Positions 1-20,494 of a stretch of 64,000 nucleotides of DNA are shown here, piece by piece. The stretch's first letter is position 1. Each line of letters begins with the position of its first letter. The notes below the pieces were generated by a model. The model saw nothing but the letters and a program-made list of their open reading frames with translations, made no database searches and had not been told where the DNA came from. Location of the stretch: assembly GCF_009914755.1 (NCBI RefSeq), contig NC_060941.1. One strand, given 5' to 3'. The translations under genes and the position numbers were made by a program. This stretch comes from the human T2T-CHM13v2.0 reference genome, Homo sapiens.

Positions 1-1856
1 GCCCCTAACTACTAGGCTACACTGCCTTCCCGGGAAGTAACAGCTGTCCATCCCACCTGGCAGGATGGAGAGAGTCAGATGAGCCTATCCAAGTGAAGGG
101 GCTCCATCACCTGTAAGCAGTATCATATGAGGTGGCTACAAGGCTTTCCCAACGGAAGGCGAGGGAGGCTGGAGTCTGATACACTAAGATTAGAGGCATG
201 GACAACAAGAGCAAGCTGCAAAAGGCAGCAGCAACATCCCAAAGGGGACTGAATGAGTGACAAGCAGGCCACACCATTCCAACATTCACTCCAGAAGAAA
301 GCTTTATTTCCTTTGACAACTGTGGATAGACAAGGAAAGGGGAGAATGTTCTCGTGTTCTGTGACTTCCTACCTCCATCAGGGGTGTAGTTAATTCTCAT
401 CTTACCGGGTCATCCTCAGGTACTTTGAGATGAGCAGGGCTCTGGTCTAGTTGAGTGGGGTGGACATGGCTGTTTCAGGCTACCCAGGACCCTGACACCA
501 CACGGAGAAGCCTCACTGAGTTCAGCCACAGTAGGGAGTTGGTAGAGCTAGGCATAAAGGCATAGAGGTGGCCAGGGGACAGACCCCCACCTTGCCCAGA
601 TTTGCTGGCACCAGAGGCAGCCTGAGGCCCAGGGCAACCAGGTGGCTGCTTGGTATTCTGCTCAGGCACCGCTGCGTCCTGCCTCCTGGCTTCTCTGCTA
701 GAGGGGCCTCCTCCCCCAGCCCAGCCTGGGCCATGCATTATCCTTGCAAGATTGAGGACCTAATGGAGGCGATCAGCACCCCCAGAGCGGGGGATCTCCA
801 TCCAGGCTTGGGAAGGAGGGCAGAGTAGTGCTAGTTGGCTTCTTTGCCCACCCTGAGATCGGGGTGTACTTGAGGGGGTCCCTGGAACTGGGGGCATTCT
901 CTGCACCCCATCTTTGGGGCCTCTGGACAACCTCTGTCCAGGAAGCCACATTGCAAAAATTTCTCTCCTTGTCTCCATAGGATACCTTTGACATTCAGGG
1001 TCCCTTTGGGGAGACCCAGCCTCTTGAAGCTTTCTGCTTGCTCTGAGGAGGGGACACTCCCACCCTTACCCCACCCCCTCTCCTGACTGCCAGCTGGCCG
1101 GCGTGGGAGCCAGGCTTCCACTGCCCATTGTTTCTCAGCTCTCCTCCCATGGTGGCGGGGTGAGCCTCATCCCCCAGGTCAGGAGCACAGGGCAGCCCCT
1201 CCCCCTTCCCTCCCTGGGCTTCAAAGGCCCAGAGGGACTAACCCTTGTCACCATGGGGCCTCCCCTCTGGGAGCCATGATGGGGGCGGCTGCCCCCAAAG
1301 CAGCATTCAGTGGCTCCCTGGGAGTGAGCCGAGCAGGCCGGGAGGTGATCACAGGCATGTATGAGGTCAAACGAGGGAGGTCCCAGGCAGACGGCTTGGG
1401 AAAAGCTTGGGGATGGGAGAGAGGCAGCAAAGGTGATTGCAGTAATTAAAGCAATGAGCCCGCTACTTCCAAGAGGAGCTAATCCTAGCACAGCCCAGGA
1501 CCAGGTGCTGTGTTTCCCATGTGCCGCGTCATTTCTCCTCACAGAAGCTGCGTAATACCAAAGCTACATTGCACACATGGAGAACATCAAGCTCAGAGAG
1601 GTTAAGTAATTTACCTGTGTCCCACAGAAAGGACCTGAAAAGGACTTGGACTCATATTATTTGACTCTGGAACCTTACTCCTAACTACTGTGCCAGGTGC
1701 TGAACTAGGCAACTGGGAGGGAAAACAGAATGGGTCCTGGGCACCCATCTTCAAAACACTCACCTGACTTCATACATGTCTGCAAAATGTGTGTTTCTTG
1801 CCAAAGAGCATCCAGGCATCCAAGAAGCAATGTTTTCACTGAGCCTACAAATATAG

Positions 1857-3114
<1,258 letters not shown>

Positions 3115-3130
3115 AATTCATGGCATTTTA

Positions 3131-3445
<315 letters not shown>

Positions 3446-4186
3446 AAGATGCTGGAAAGTTCTAGACTTTCATTGTACAGATAGGGAAGTTGATGTCCAG
3501 AGAGCGGAAGAGATCCACCCAAATAAGTAGAAGAGCCAGAGCGAGAATCCAGGGCTCTTGAAGACCCAGGCCTCCGCTCAGCACTGCACCACGCTTCCTT
3601 CTTGCTCCTTACCCGGGAAGAAAATACAACAGCTGCTGAAATAATTATTCCTGGACTTGTCTAAAAGGGGTTATTCTTTCCCACTTCCTCCCCCACCCCC
3701 TCAACCCACATACAGTGCATTGCCCAAGGACTTTTCGTAGGTTTGGGAGAGAGACTTGGGGGAAGAGGGGTGAGGATGCTTCTTGTTTCATCCAAGTCAG
3801 AATGGGAAATAATTTACTCCCTGAGGACATGAACAGGGTTGGGTCAAAATAGGACTCTTCAAGTTTGAGGGGTTTGTTTGGGTTTGGTTTGGTTTTGCCC
3901 AGCAAAGGTTGGCTGCGAGACCCTTTGGCCACTTATTTTGACATTGGCCACTGTCGATTGCCCCCTGCGCTCCTGCCTGGGTGCTGCTGTGGTGATGCCT
4001 GTCTCCTCTCCTCCCTGCCTATGACAGTCCAGCTGAGTTGGATTGTGGAGTGTGGCATCTGGTGGTTCGGGGATCAGGGACTTTTGAATCTGGTCCTAGT
4101 AAGCTGTGTGGCTCTCAGCAACAATTAATCTTTCTAGGTCTCAGCTGCCTCATCTTTAAAAGGTAGTAATAGAAAAGTCTTCACAC

Positions 4187-4486
<300 letters not shown>

Positions 4487-4513
4487 CACACTTCTTTTTA
4501 AAAAGAAGGACCA

Positions 4514-4868
<355 letters not shown>

Positions 4869-5066
4869 TTATGTGCATTTCCCAACTTTGCACTGGGATT
4901 TCCAGTTGGTGGCTTGAAATGGGCTTTTGTGGAAATATTTACACCACAGAAATAAGCAAAGGCTACAAATCAGGGCTTCAGCACTCCAAGTGAGAGCCAG
5001 CCAGTAAACTTTTAGCAGCACGACACTGGCCAGAACTCTAACATGTTATATAAAAACACATAAACA

Positions 5067-5375
5067 GGCTGGTCACAGTGGCTCATGCCTTTGGGAAACC
5101 GAGGTGGGCGAATCCCCTGAGGTCAGCAGCTCGAGACTAGCCTGGCCAACATGGTGAAACCCCATCTCTACTAAAAATACAAAAATTAGCCGGGCATGGT
5201 GGCGCATGCCTGTAATCCCAGCTACTCAGGAGGCTGAGACAGGAGAATCGCTTGAACCCAGGAGGCAGAGGTGGCAGTGAGCGGAGATCATGCCATTGCA
5301 CTCTAGTCCGGGCGACAGTGTGAGACTCTGTCTGAAAAACAAAACAAAACAAAACAAAACAACAAAACAAAAAAA
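5067..5375 (+). mobile_element. Alu with (AAAAC)n tail
   Basis: Alu consensus with a small left-arm deletion. Confidence 0.9.
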
Positions 5376-6406
5376 CACACATAAACAGAACTGCTTTGGT
5401 TGGTTGAAACAAGGGTTCCCCACTCCCCTCACACACATCAAGCTTTGCCAAAACCCAGGACTTGAAGTCTGAGATTTGTGCCAGCTCTCAATCCTGTGAG
5501 TCTAAGTAACAGGCCACAAGAGGTGATGCAGGAGGAAGAATGACGAACAATGATGAGGCTTAGGTTTTATGACTGTATTTAGCTAATCGAGCCTTGTCTG
5601 TGTGGGCAAGTCAACTTTGATGATCCAGGAAGCACCTCTGGAGTTGCTTAACCCTGCAGGTCCCAAGGCCTTCTGGTGGCCTCGGCAGGTAGTGGCACCC
5701 TCCAGAGCAGTCTCTCACTAGCGGATCTCTCAGTGGGTGGCAGGAGGATGGCTTTAGGGGAGGGAATGTCACCCACCTCCCCACAACTGTGCCTCTGCCC
5801 TGCAGGGTGAAGGTAAATGAAGTGACATTTGAATCCATTCAGATACTGCAGGAGAATGAATGCTGAATGAATGAATGAATCCAGGGAGAGCTGGAGCCAA
5901 ATAAGCTTCATCAATTTATGTGGTGGGGAGGATGCTAGCCAGGAAGTGGAGGCCAGTGTTCAAATGCAGGGCTCAAGCCATAGCTCCAGCAGTTCCTGAC
6001 CATGACATTTTTTGTATTTCAGTACCGTTTTGTAGAATGGGGCTACTGAACCAGGCTTAAAATCGTATTTCAGTCTGGTCTTTATGATGGGGACGGTAGG
6101 GGTGAACATGGAGCTCTCATTCTGCATGTAGTGGAAGGGCCCACCCCGCAAGCATGTTTCGCTGCTATTTTTGCCAAGGTTCTGTGAAGATTTCAATATT
6201 CCCAAGCTTGCTATCTTTCAAGCCTAGTAGAATCAGCTGGGCTGATATCTTCTAGCTGGTGGGAAAAAATGCCAGCAAGCAAAAGAAAAGGAGAGGAGAA
6301 ACAAATGTTTGTAACTGAAAGAAACCTGGCATTTAATCTAGTGATTTCTATCTGCCAATCATCAGAATTGTCATTACCTGGGACAATTTAAAAAGTACAA
6401 TTTCTA

Positions 6407-7050
<644 letters not shown>

Positions 7051-7415
7051 CTAGACATACTGATTATTAAAAATCTCCCGTTGGGGAGGGGTCTGGTGTT
7101 TGGGAACCAGCACACTCCCTCTCCTGACCTCCCACAGCAGAGGGTGAAGGCTACCACCAGCTGACCAGTCATAAGACTTTGTCTTCTTTCTGTTTCTAAA
7201 AGAGATTTCCTCATTTTCCCTTAGCAAATAGGGAAAGACCAAAAAAAAAAAAAAAAAAAAAGAGTTCTTTCCCACAGCTAACCTAAATCTTGGCTGCATT
7301 TCTAGGCCTCTCATCTGCATAATAACTTCACTGATGATTTCAGAGTTTGCTTTCTTCACCCTGAATGTTCTGGGTTTATTTCTTCATTCAATAAAAATTA
7401 ATTCAGCACCTCCTA

Positions 7416-8242
<827 letters not shown>

Positions 8243-10129
8243 CTAATTTGCGGACTTAGGATAAGTAGCAGTTAGTCCAAGGATGTGGAAGGGAGGGTGG
8301 AGAGCAAAGATCCTGGCAGAAAGACCAGCATATGTGGGGCTGAAGGCAAAAAAACAGAGAATGCTTGACAAACTGAGTGAAAATTCATACAGTCGGGCAC
8401 TCTGCCTCACAAATCCTTCTGTCATTTCTACAGTTCTCCCAGAAACCCCTTGAAACTCGCCTGTGACTCTCTAGGCTCCCTGGAGTCCAGAGCAAGACAA
8501 AGAACTTTTGTCTGATCAGCTGAGATATAATGAGAATGACCCCCAGGTTCCTTATTTATGCATCCGGCATGCAGCTTGCTTTTGTAAGAATAGCACTGTA
8601 TTGCTGACTCATAGTCAGCCATGCATTTTACAATAATCCCACAATGTCTGCCCTGGATTTTCTTTCTGCCTAACTTCCTGTTCAGCCTTCTTTTAAAAAG
8701 CCTTGCCTCTGTGCTCTCTTTTTACTTATCTCTTTCTTTGAAATGGATCACGTCTAGAATTTGTGGGTTTCAGGGAAATCTGCCATCCCAAGGGTCCTTC
8801 TCCAATGAAATTAAGGTCAAATTGAGATTTGGAATTGAAAGCTGATTAGTCTGAATGCCCACATCTTAGAGCATCTAACCAATCTATCTGCCCATCAGGG
8901 TGACTGATCCCATCCCTGTCTTATTTGCTGCTGTGGGGGTGAGGGCAGGGGGTGGAGAAGGATGGAAGCAGAGTCAGCGCCAGACAGTGATGTGCCACGC
9001 AGAATAGAATCTCTGCACAGCGTCTCCTGGAAGGGGGAGGGGGGCAGATGCTGACAGACTCGTGGGAGCCATGCCAAGAGATGGGTCTGCCTGGGTCCCT
9101 GACTAAACCAACTAACTCTTCCCAAGCTGATCAGGCTGCAGGGCCAGAGCCCCACTATTCTTCCCTGGGATCCCAAGTGAAGCAATGGGGGCCACGTAGG
9201 AATTCATCGGTCAATGCTAGTTTGGTGGGTGAGGGTGGGGAGGTTGGGGAGGAGCAGGCGCGGGGGTGGGTGTGCTTGGATTCGCTCATGGGAGCTGAGC
9301 CAGCCCCAGCAGGGAAGAAGGGTCGCTTTGGCATTCATTCTCCTGCAGTTACCAGGCCTCGCCGCCTGCCGGGCTGCTGGTGCGCAGGGCCCAGCCCCCT
9401 CCCCAAAGAGCCCCTGAGAGGGGCCAGGAGTGGGGGGAAGGCCACCCGTGGCCTTGTGAGACTGAAGCACAAGCTCCTTCCTCAGCTGCCAGGGAAGAAT
9501 TTAATTACCAATTAAAGCCCCCTCCATCTGTTTCGGGCCTGCCAGAGAGCTCTCTCTACCCTTTAATTACATCTCTGACAACAATTTAACTCAATTAGCT
9601 GGTAAACACAGCAGAATGCAGGCAACCCAGGGCACCCTCTTGTCCCTGCCATCTGTCTGTCCGTCTTGTGCTTTCCCAACTCGCTCTCAGTCTGTCTGTC
9701 CTGCCCCTGCTTCCCTGTCTCATTTTGACACCGCCCCCCACCCCTTGGTTTTCTCTTTTTCTTCTGTCTTCTCCAGCACCTCTTGTCTGTTTCACACCAG
9801 CTGGGTTTCCCCCGCCCTCCGCGTCTTTGTCATTCTGTCTTCCTCTCCCATCTGCTCTTTGTCCATCCCTTTCCCGTGCTCTGTCTTGTTCTGTGCATCC
9901 CAACTTTCTCTCTTACTCTGCCAGGCTAGTCTCCAATGAGCCTTTTCCTTCCCCTTTCCTTCTCCCCGTCTTCTTCCTCCTTCTCCGCCATCTGTCCTAC
10001 ATTAACCAAATCCATCCCTTTCAGCATCTCCTCTGTGAGCCTCCTTTCTGGTGTGTTTCCCTTAACCCCTGCCATCTCCTTTTGCTTCATCCACTTAGCA
10101 CAAACAAAGGTGAGCCCTAGGAGCAGTAG

Positions 10130-10580
10130 TTGCCATCTTTTGAGCACTTACTTTGCCAGTCATTGGCTAAGAGCTTTACATGCATTATTTTGTTGAATTT
10201 TTACAAAAATTGTGTGAATGGGTATAATTATTCCCATTTCACAAGTGGAATAATGGATCCTCTGAGAGATTTTGCCACTTATCCAAGGTCACAGAGCTTG
10301 CAACTGATAGAACTAGGATTCAAAGCCAGGTCTGTTTCCTTCAATACTGCATGAGATACCCGAGGCTGGGCACAGTAGCTCATGCCTGTAATCCCAGCAC
10401 TTTGGGAGGCCAAGGTGGGCAGATAGCTTGAGCCCAGGAGTTCGAGACCAGACTGGGCAACATGATGAGACCCCCGTCTCTGCAAAAAATATAAAAATTA
10501 GCCAGAAGTGGTGCATGCCTGTAGTCTCAGCTACTCAGGAGCCTGAGGTGAGTGAGTCACTTGAGCCCAGCAGGTCGAGG
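10130..10580. mobile_element. MIR remnant followed by a truncated Alu (+)
   Basis: MIR core (cccatttcacaag...ccaaggtcacagagc); Alu from ~10365. Confidence 0.75.
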
Positions 10581-11326
10581 GGAGCAGTTTTAAGGATGAC
10601 AGAGAGGCCTGAATATTTGGGGAAAGGCTCTGTGTTGTTGAAATGAAGGGCAAAGCAATAGGTTCCCAGTTAACATTGGGAGGGAGGTGGGTAGAGAAGG
10701 GTAAAAAATAGAAATCATTTCTGAGAATTTAACCTCCTCATTTCTGCTGGAAGGAACTTTCCAGATTCTAGTTTACTACAGTGTTGAAGAAGTTCCCCAG
10801 TCCTCTGAGAAAGTAAAAAATGTCCAGGACCTACAGGAATAAGAGAGAGGGAGAGAGAGAAACAAGTAGGCTATAATTATCCTAGCAACCCTCTCCTGGA
10901 ATGGGGGCGGGGGTGGGTGCTGCAGAGAAGGGCAGCCTGATCCGTCTTGTGGACAGGCAGGGACATGATGGAGACCCCAGGTCAGCCAGGTAGTCACATG
11001 GCTGCAGCTTGGGCAGACCCCAGCCAGATAAAACTCATCTGCTTTCTTCCCCCATCCTTCCTCGGCTGACTAATCACTCTTCCTGTGATTAAAACAGAAA
11101 AGAACTGGGGGGAAAGGCTACAGGAGAGAAAGAGAGGCTGTCTCTGATCTCTGTTTTCTACCTTCCTTTGCTCTTGAGATGTGCTGTCCATCCTTGGGGG
11201 TTTGCTCCGCTTGGTGTTTAGAACCCACATATTCCACTAACTCACACCTTCACCTTGCCTTCTGCCACACTAAGAAGAGTGCTGGGATTCCAGCGAAATT
11301 CCTCAAATGCAGAAACTGTGCTCTGA

Positions 11327-12022
<696 letters not shown>

Positions 12023-12299
12023 CAGAATTTTCAATATTACAGATCTCTCAAGAAGTCCCATCCTGCAGGCAGACATGGAAAGTTCTGGACAGAGGCAACT
12101 AAGGGGCAGGATGGAAGGCTGGAAAAGAGATGGGGTAGGGAAGCAAGGAATTCAAAATGAAGAAGCTCCCAGTCCAGTCCCAAGCTTTATACAATCAGTG
12201 GGTGTGTGGGCAGTTTCTGTAAACATTATATAATAAAGACCACAGAGAAGAGAGGCTGGTAGGTGTTTTTTTGTTTTTGTTTTTGTTTTTGTTTCTAAA

Positions 12300-13900
<1,601 letters not shown>

Positions 13901-13915
13901 AAAGAATCAACATCT

Positions 13916-14261
<346 letters not shown>

Positions 14262-14289
14262 TCAGATGGAGGCTATATAGTTGGTTTTT

Positions 14290-14745
14290 TGGTAACTTTT
14301 TATTTTGATAAATTTCAAACTTATAAAAAAATGTCAAAAATAGTACAAAGAACTCCCATGTGCCCTTTACCCAGATTCATCAATTGTTTACATTTTGCTC
14401 CATTCATTTCATCCTTATCTATCTACATGTTTACATATGCATTTTTTTGCAACTTTTGGAGAGTACATTGGAGACATCCTGTCCCTTTACTCCTAAATAT
14501 TCTAGTATGTGTTTCCTAAGAACAAAGGCATTCTCTTACACAAACAACCTCAGTATCATGATCAAAATCAATAAATTTAACATTGTTATGAAACTACCGT
14601 CTAATGTACAACCCATATTCAATGTCCATCCATTTTTCCAGTAATGTCCTTTATGACTATTTCCATTGTCAAACCCTCTCTACGGCCAGTCCAGGATACA
14701 ATCCAGGATCATAGATGGCACTCAGTTGTCATGACTTCTTAGTAG
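14290..14745 (-). mobile_element. Ancient L1 (L1M-type) 3' fragment
   Basis: AT-rich block resembling the reverse L1MC/ME 3'UTR (ttttattttgataaatttcaaacttata...). Confidence 0.65.
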
Positions 14746-14974
14746 GAGGCTATAATTCTATTTCAACACTTTGCCATTGCTAAAAGCAGTTTCAAAACTT
14801 TTTTTGGAAAATGGGAAGGCTCCATGGGAATTATCTTCAGAGTCTTCAGCACATTTGTGTTGCTTTCCTCAAAGGAACCAGATCCTCATCCTTGGAAGGT
14901 GGTGGGATGGTTTGAATGTTTTTCTATGGCTGCCATTTTCCAAAAAAGTCCCCAAAACAAACAAAAAAAAGATT

Positions 14975-15662
<688 letters not shown>

Positions 15663-16129
15663 CCAAGTTTCCTCTATAGATGCAGCCAGACTCATTCATT
15701 CAAAAGCAAGCCATCCTCATAGTCTTTGCTCATGCCATTCCCTTTTTCACTTCACTTCATTCCACCCCTCACTTCCTTAAAGACCCAGGCTCTGTGGCCC
15801 CTTTTGCGGGGGACCCCTAGCTCCAAGTCCTGCAATCCCTCCCTTGGAGCTGAGCGTTGAAGCATCTGGCATTTGACTATTCATTTGGCACTTGGCATAC
15901 GATTCCTTAGGTGATTTGTAATTTTTAATGCATCTACTGTTTCTCATCAGAAAGACTGTAAACCTTTGAGAGCAGAAGTCATGTTTATATCTCTTGCTAC
16001 CTTATATTTAATGTAATGCCACATACATAGTTGGAGTGCAATGCATATTCAGTGCTGGTGATCATGGGATGTGTTTGAAAAGGATCTATAACCAAGTAAC
16101 AGCCAATGTGTATTGGGCACATAATAATC

Positions 16130-16778
<649 letters not shown>

Positions 16779-17979
16779 CCACCATCAAATAGGTTTTTTT
16801 GGTGTCCAATAACTTCCCTCTTGCAAAGCTCTTCAGATGTAGAAATGCACTTCTTTCTTGTACAAGAAGGTAAAATGAGCTGCATAGTCAAATGTTAGAA
16901 TTTGGCTTAGGCTTTAAAGGGGTATTTCTTTTCTTTTCTTTCTTTCTTTTTTTTTTTTTTTGTCAAGGGATAGTAAAGAGGAAGCCTCTAACCTCAAAGC
17001 AGCCTAAGTTTTACAGACCTTCTCCTGTGTTTCTGAATCCCAGGCCTGACCAGAAATCGGTAATTTTCAGTTTGCACTCCACATTCCTAGTGGGCTGGAG
17101 CTGAGGATTTAGTGGGGAGGGTAGAAAAGGGGTGGGGTTGTGTTTTCTCACAAACTGGGTCGTCAAATTTGAGTTTCCAAGGGGGCTCTCAGTTCCCCCA
17201 TGACTCTAGAGAAGGAAAAATAGAAAGCATTATAGGTGTTCAGACTGGTCACAGAAGACATCTTCGCAAGGCAGTTCCTATCACAGCCAGCTGATGTCAC
17301 CAACGGGGCATGGGGGAGATGGAGGAAAGAAACAACAGAAGAGACGAAGAGGAAGGAGGGACGACGGAGCAAAAGTGAAGACATGATATACGGCCGAGGA
17401 CATAGGGTGAGAGGAAAGAAAAGAAAAGGGTGGAGGAAAGAGAGAGGAAGGAGAATTCGAAGCATAGGCTTTTGCCTACTTCCCTTCTCCCGTCCCTAAC
17501 ACACGGATGAGAGCTTCTCGCCTCTTTCTATATCCAGAAAGTATGGAGACCCCTCACTCTCCGACCTCGGTGCTATCTCCAGGGCCCAGAGGGGCAAACT
17601 GGGGAGGGGAGGGGAGACTTGTAAACATGAGTGCAATTTTCCTCTGGTTTCCCCAGAAGTTGCCCGTTTCCTGGGCCATTCCTCTCCAGGCAGCCCTCGG
17701 GAGTTCCCGCCGCACCGACCCCAGCCAGGCTCCAGCGGTCCCCTCTCTTCCATCCCGCCATCTCTCTGAGGGGCTTGCGTCTCCCTGATGCGCTCTGGTG
17801 TCTGTCTGAGCCATCCATCAAGGATGGCAGGCTGGGGGAAACATGAAAAAGAGCCTATTTGGCTATTAACATCCCCTCCCGCTTTGTTGTCTCTCTCCTC
17901 CCCAGTCCCCTACCAGCCCCTCACCCAACCCCTCCCTTTTCCCCTTTTGCAGGAGACAAAACCAGACTGACAAGCTGAA

Positions 17980-18420
17980 GACTCAAACATTAATCAAACT
18001 GCACTCCGGAACAACCTTTCCCTCGCATTAATAAATACATTTGCGGCCCCTCATTGGACAGTTGGCCTAATTTGTTTCTTTTTCGCGGGGTGGGGGGAGC
18101 AGCCGCGCCCGCGCCCCCTGGCTCCCAGCAGCCCTGTGCAAAGCAGATGTTCCGCCGCAGACGCGGAGCTGCGCCTAGCCGCGCGCCCCGGAGGCCGCGG
18201 TTGCCATGGCGACGGCGGGGCCGCCTGCTGTCGCCGAGCACGCTGTCTCGCCCGCTCAGTGATTACCTCCATCTCCGCAGTGTTCGCCATACGGCCCGGA
18301 TTCTAATCAGATCCCCTCCCCCCTCCCCCCTCCCTCCTCCGCCCGGCCCACTACCCCTTCAGCTCCCACAGCCTTGGGACTCATTGAGAACTGCCCGCGC
18401 ATCCCTGACGGTGCCCAGGA
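17980..18420. promoter_or_regulatory. Orphan CpG island with RFX X-box
   Basis: CpG-dense stretch; GTTGCCATGGCGAC at 18200-18213; TAAT-rich block at its left edge. Confidence 0.65.
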
Positions 18421-19695
18421 AGGCAGAGTGGGGGAGAGACGACCCGCACTCAGCCTGTGTTTAGGGAGGACTGGACCCAGTGCGGTTCGCAAGAGGTTCT
18501 GTGTCCCCAGGCCATCTTTGGTGACATTGAACCCCGGGAGTCCAGCTCCCAGCACTGTCCCCTGAAGACTCCTCCTCCTCCCCCTTGGTATGTTGAGGCA
18601 GGTCACCTGAGGTCCCCAAGAGAGGTAAGGCAGGCAACCATAGTTCCCCTTCCATCTGGACAAGACTCTTCCATTCCCGTTCTGTAAGTGCTGGGAATGA
18701 TTTCATCTGCACAGCCTGGAGGTGGGCAGGGTTTCTGGAACCATCAGAGCATCAGCCCAAGCCATGCTTCTTGTGCTAAACGCAGTGGTTTCTCAGACTA
18801 AAGGGAGGAGTGGAGAAGCACAGGTCTGGTACTCTAGCCACTCAGGCCTGGCCTGAGTTAGGCCCATGGTTATTTGACCCCCTCCACATCACACACACAC
18901 TATGCTTTCCATGCTTCCAGGCTGAGGGTGGTTTTTTATAGGTGGTCTCAGATGTACCCCCGGCTGGCAGCCTTGCAAGGGATGCACTGCGAACCCTCTC
19001 CGGACTTAGTAATGAACAAGGGGCAGTGCGATGCCTCGGGGCCTTGGGGTACCTGGCTGTCTTTCTGTTAGGGGAGGAGGGTCCTTTCCCTGAGACTCTG
19101 AGGCTTCACTATAAGATCCCAAGCATAAACATCCCTGGCTTTAGGAGAAACGAGGTAATAACAGAAGCCAGAGGCAAGAGAGCACAGAGAGGTTGGGAGT
19201 GAGGCCGGCAGGGAAGAAGGCAGATTTGGGACAGGAAGATGAGATTCTGGGTTCAGATTCCACCTTCCAGCCTAAATCACAAGGCAGGAAGCCTGAGGTG
19301 GTTGGCGTAAAAAATAATTTTGCTCAAGGGGAGGAACCCTTTGGAGTGACGAAAAGTAGAAACACTCATGTTCCAGAAGTGTTACCAATGCCAGGGAAAG
19401 CTTGCTTAAACACTCTCACAACATCCCAAATGCCAGCCTCCTTCCAATGTTCGCCGGAAAGTTCTGAGCCGTATTAGCAAATAAGAAGAAATGCCAGGCT
19501 GAGCTCTCTCTCCGAGGCTACTAAGAATCCTCATGCTAGAGCTGCAAGGGCCTTTAGAGATCTGGACCGATCCTTCATTTTACAGATGAAAAAACTGAAA
19601 TCCAGAGAGGAATGACAACTGGCCAAGATCCCACAGCTAGAAATAGTGGAACCAGGTTTTTATTTCTGCAATAGTGGCCACTGTTCTGCCCTCTT

Positions 19696-19781
19696 TCCTC
19701 TCTCAGAGGCAACCAGCTGGGAAACTCTGGTTTCCAAGTCCTCTCTCAGAGGCAACCGGCTGGGAAACTCTGGTTTCCAAG
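19696..19781. repeat. 43-bp tandem duplication
   Basis: 19696-19738 and 19739-19781 differ by one base. Confidence 0.9.
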
Positions 19782-20494
19782 AGGCACAGACAGAATCCCA
19801 AAAATCTCAGGCCTTTCCCAGCCCCTAGTCACCCTGCCTCCTGAAGGCCTGTCACCTACCTGAAGGCAGCTCCACTAGAGTGACAGCTCCTGTTGGCCCT
19901 GGCTGGCTCAGGGCCTCTGGGGAGGGTATGGGGGGATGGTGGGTTGGGAGAGAACTTTTGTGGGGCCTCCTTCAGTCAATGGTCTACAGCTCTGTCTTTG
20001 TCTGTCTGTCACTCAGAAGGGAACTGCTGAAGGGAGAGGTCAGGCTGGTCGGTAGAAAGGGAGAAAGAGGCCTATCCCTGTCAGAGAGGGGTTGGGAAGA
20101 AGGCAGGCAAGGGGACCGAAGCTCCTTCAACCTCCTCATCCTCTCCCACTCCAACTCCTGGGCTGTTTCCCCTAGGGAATTCCAGGCTTTGCTCATTTTA
20201 GGACCAGGGCAGCAACTGCACACAAAGGCCCTTCTCTTCTTGCCGTGTGAAATCCTGGCTCCCCATTGGAGAGCTACTCCCTTACCCTGCCCTGTCTGCA
20301 AGAAGAGGCTGCCAAGGGGTCTAACTCAAACCTACAAGGCAGGGAGTTCCATTGCGTTCCCCTTCCATGCAACCAGCACCCTGACTCCACCCCTGTGCTT
20401 GCCCGTGTCCCTGCTCGCGCCTGCCACATCAGATTCCCCAGGCTCCCTCACCCCCCCGTGCAATTTAAAGCAGATTCATCCCCTGAGAGCCCCA

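Noticed and set aside
18206-18262. Perfect-Kozak small ORF MATAGPPAVAEHAVSPAQ*
   Set aside because: GCCATGG is the centre of the RFX palindrome; no independent coding evidence
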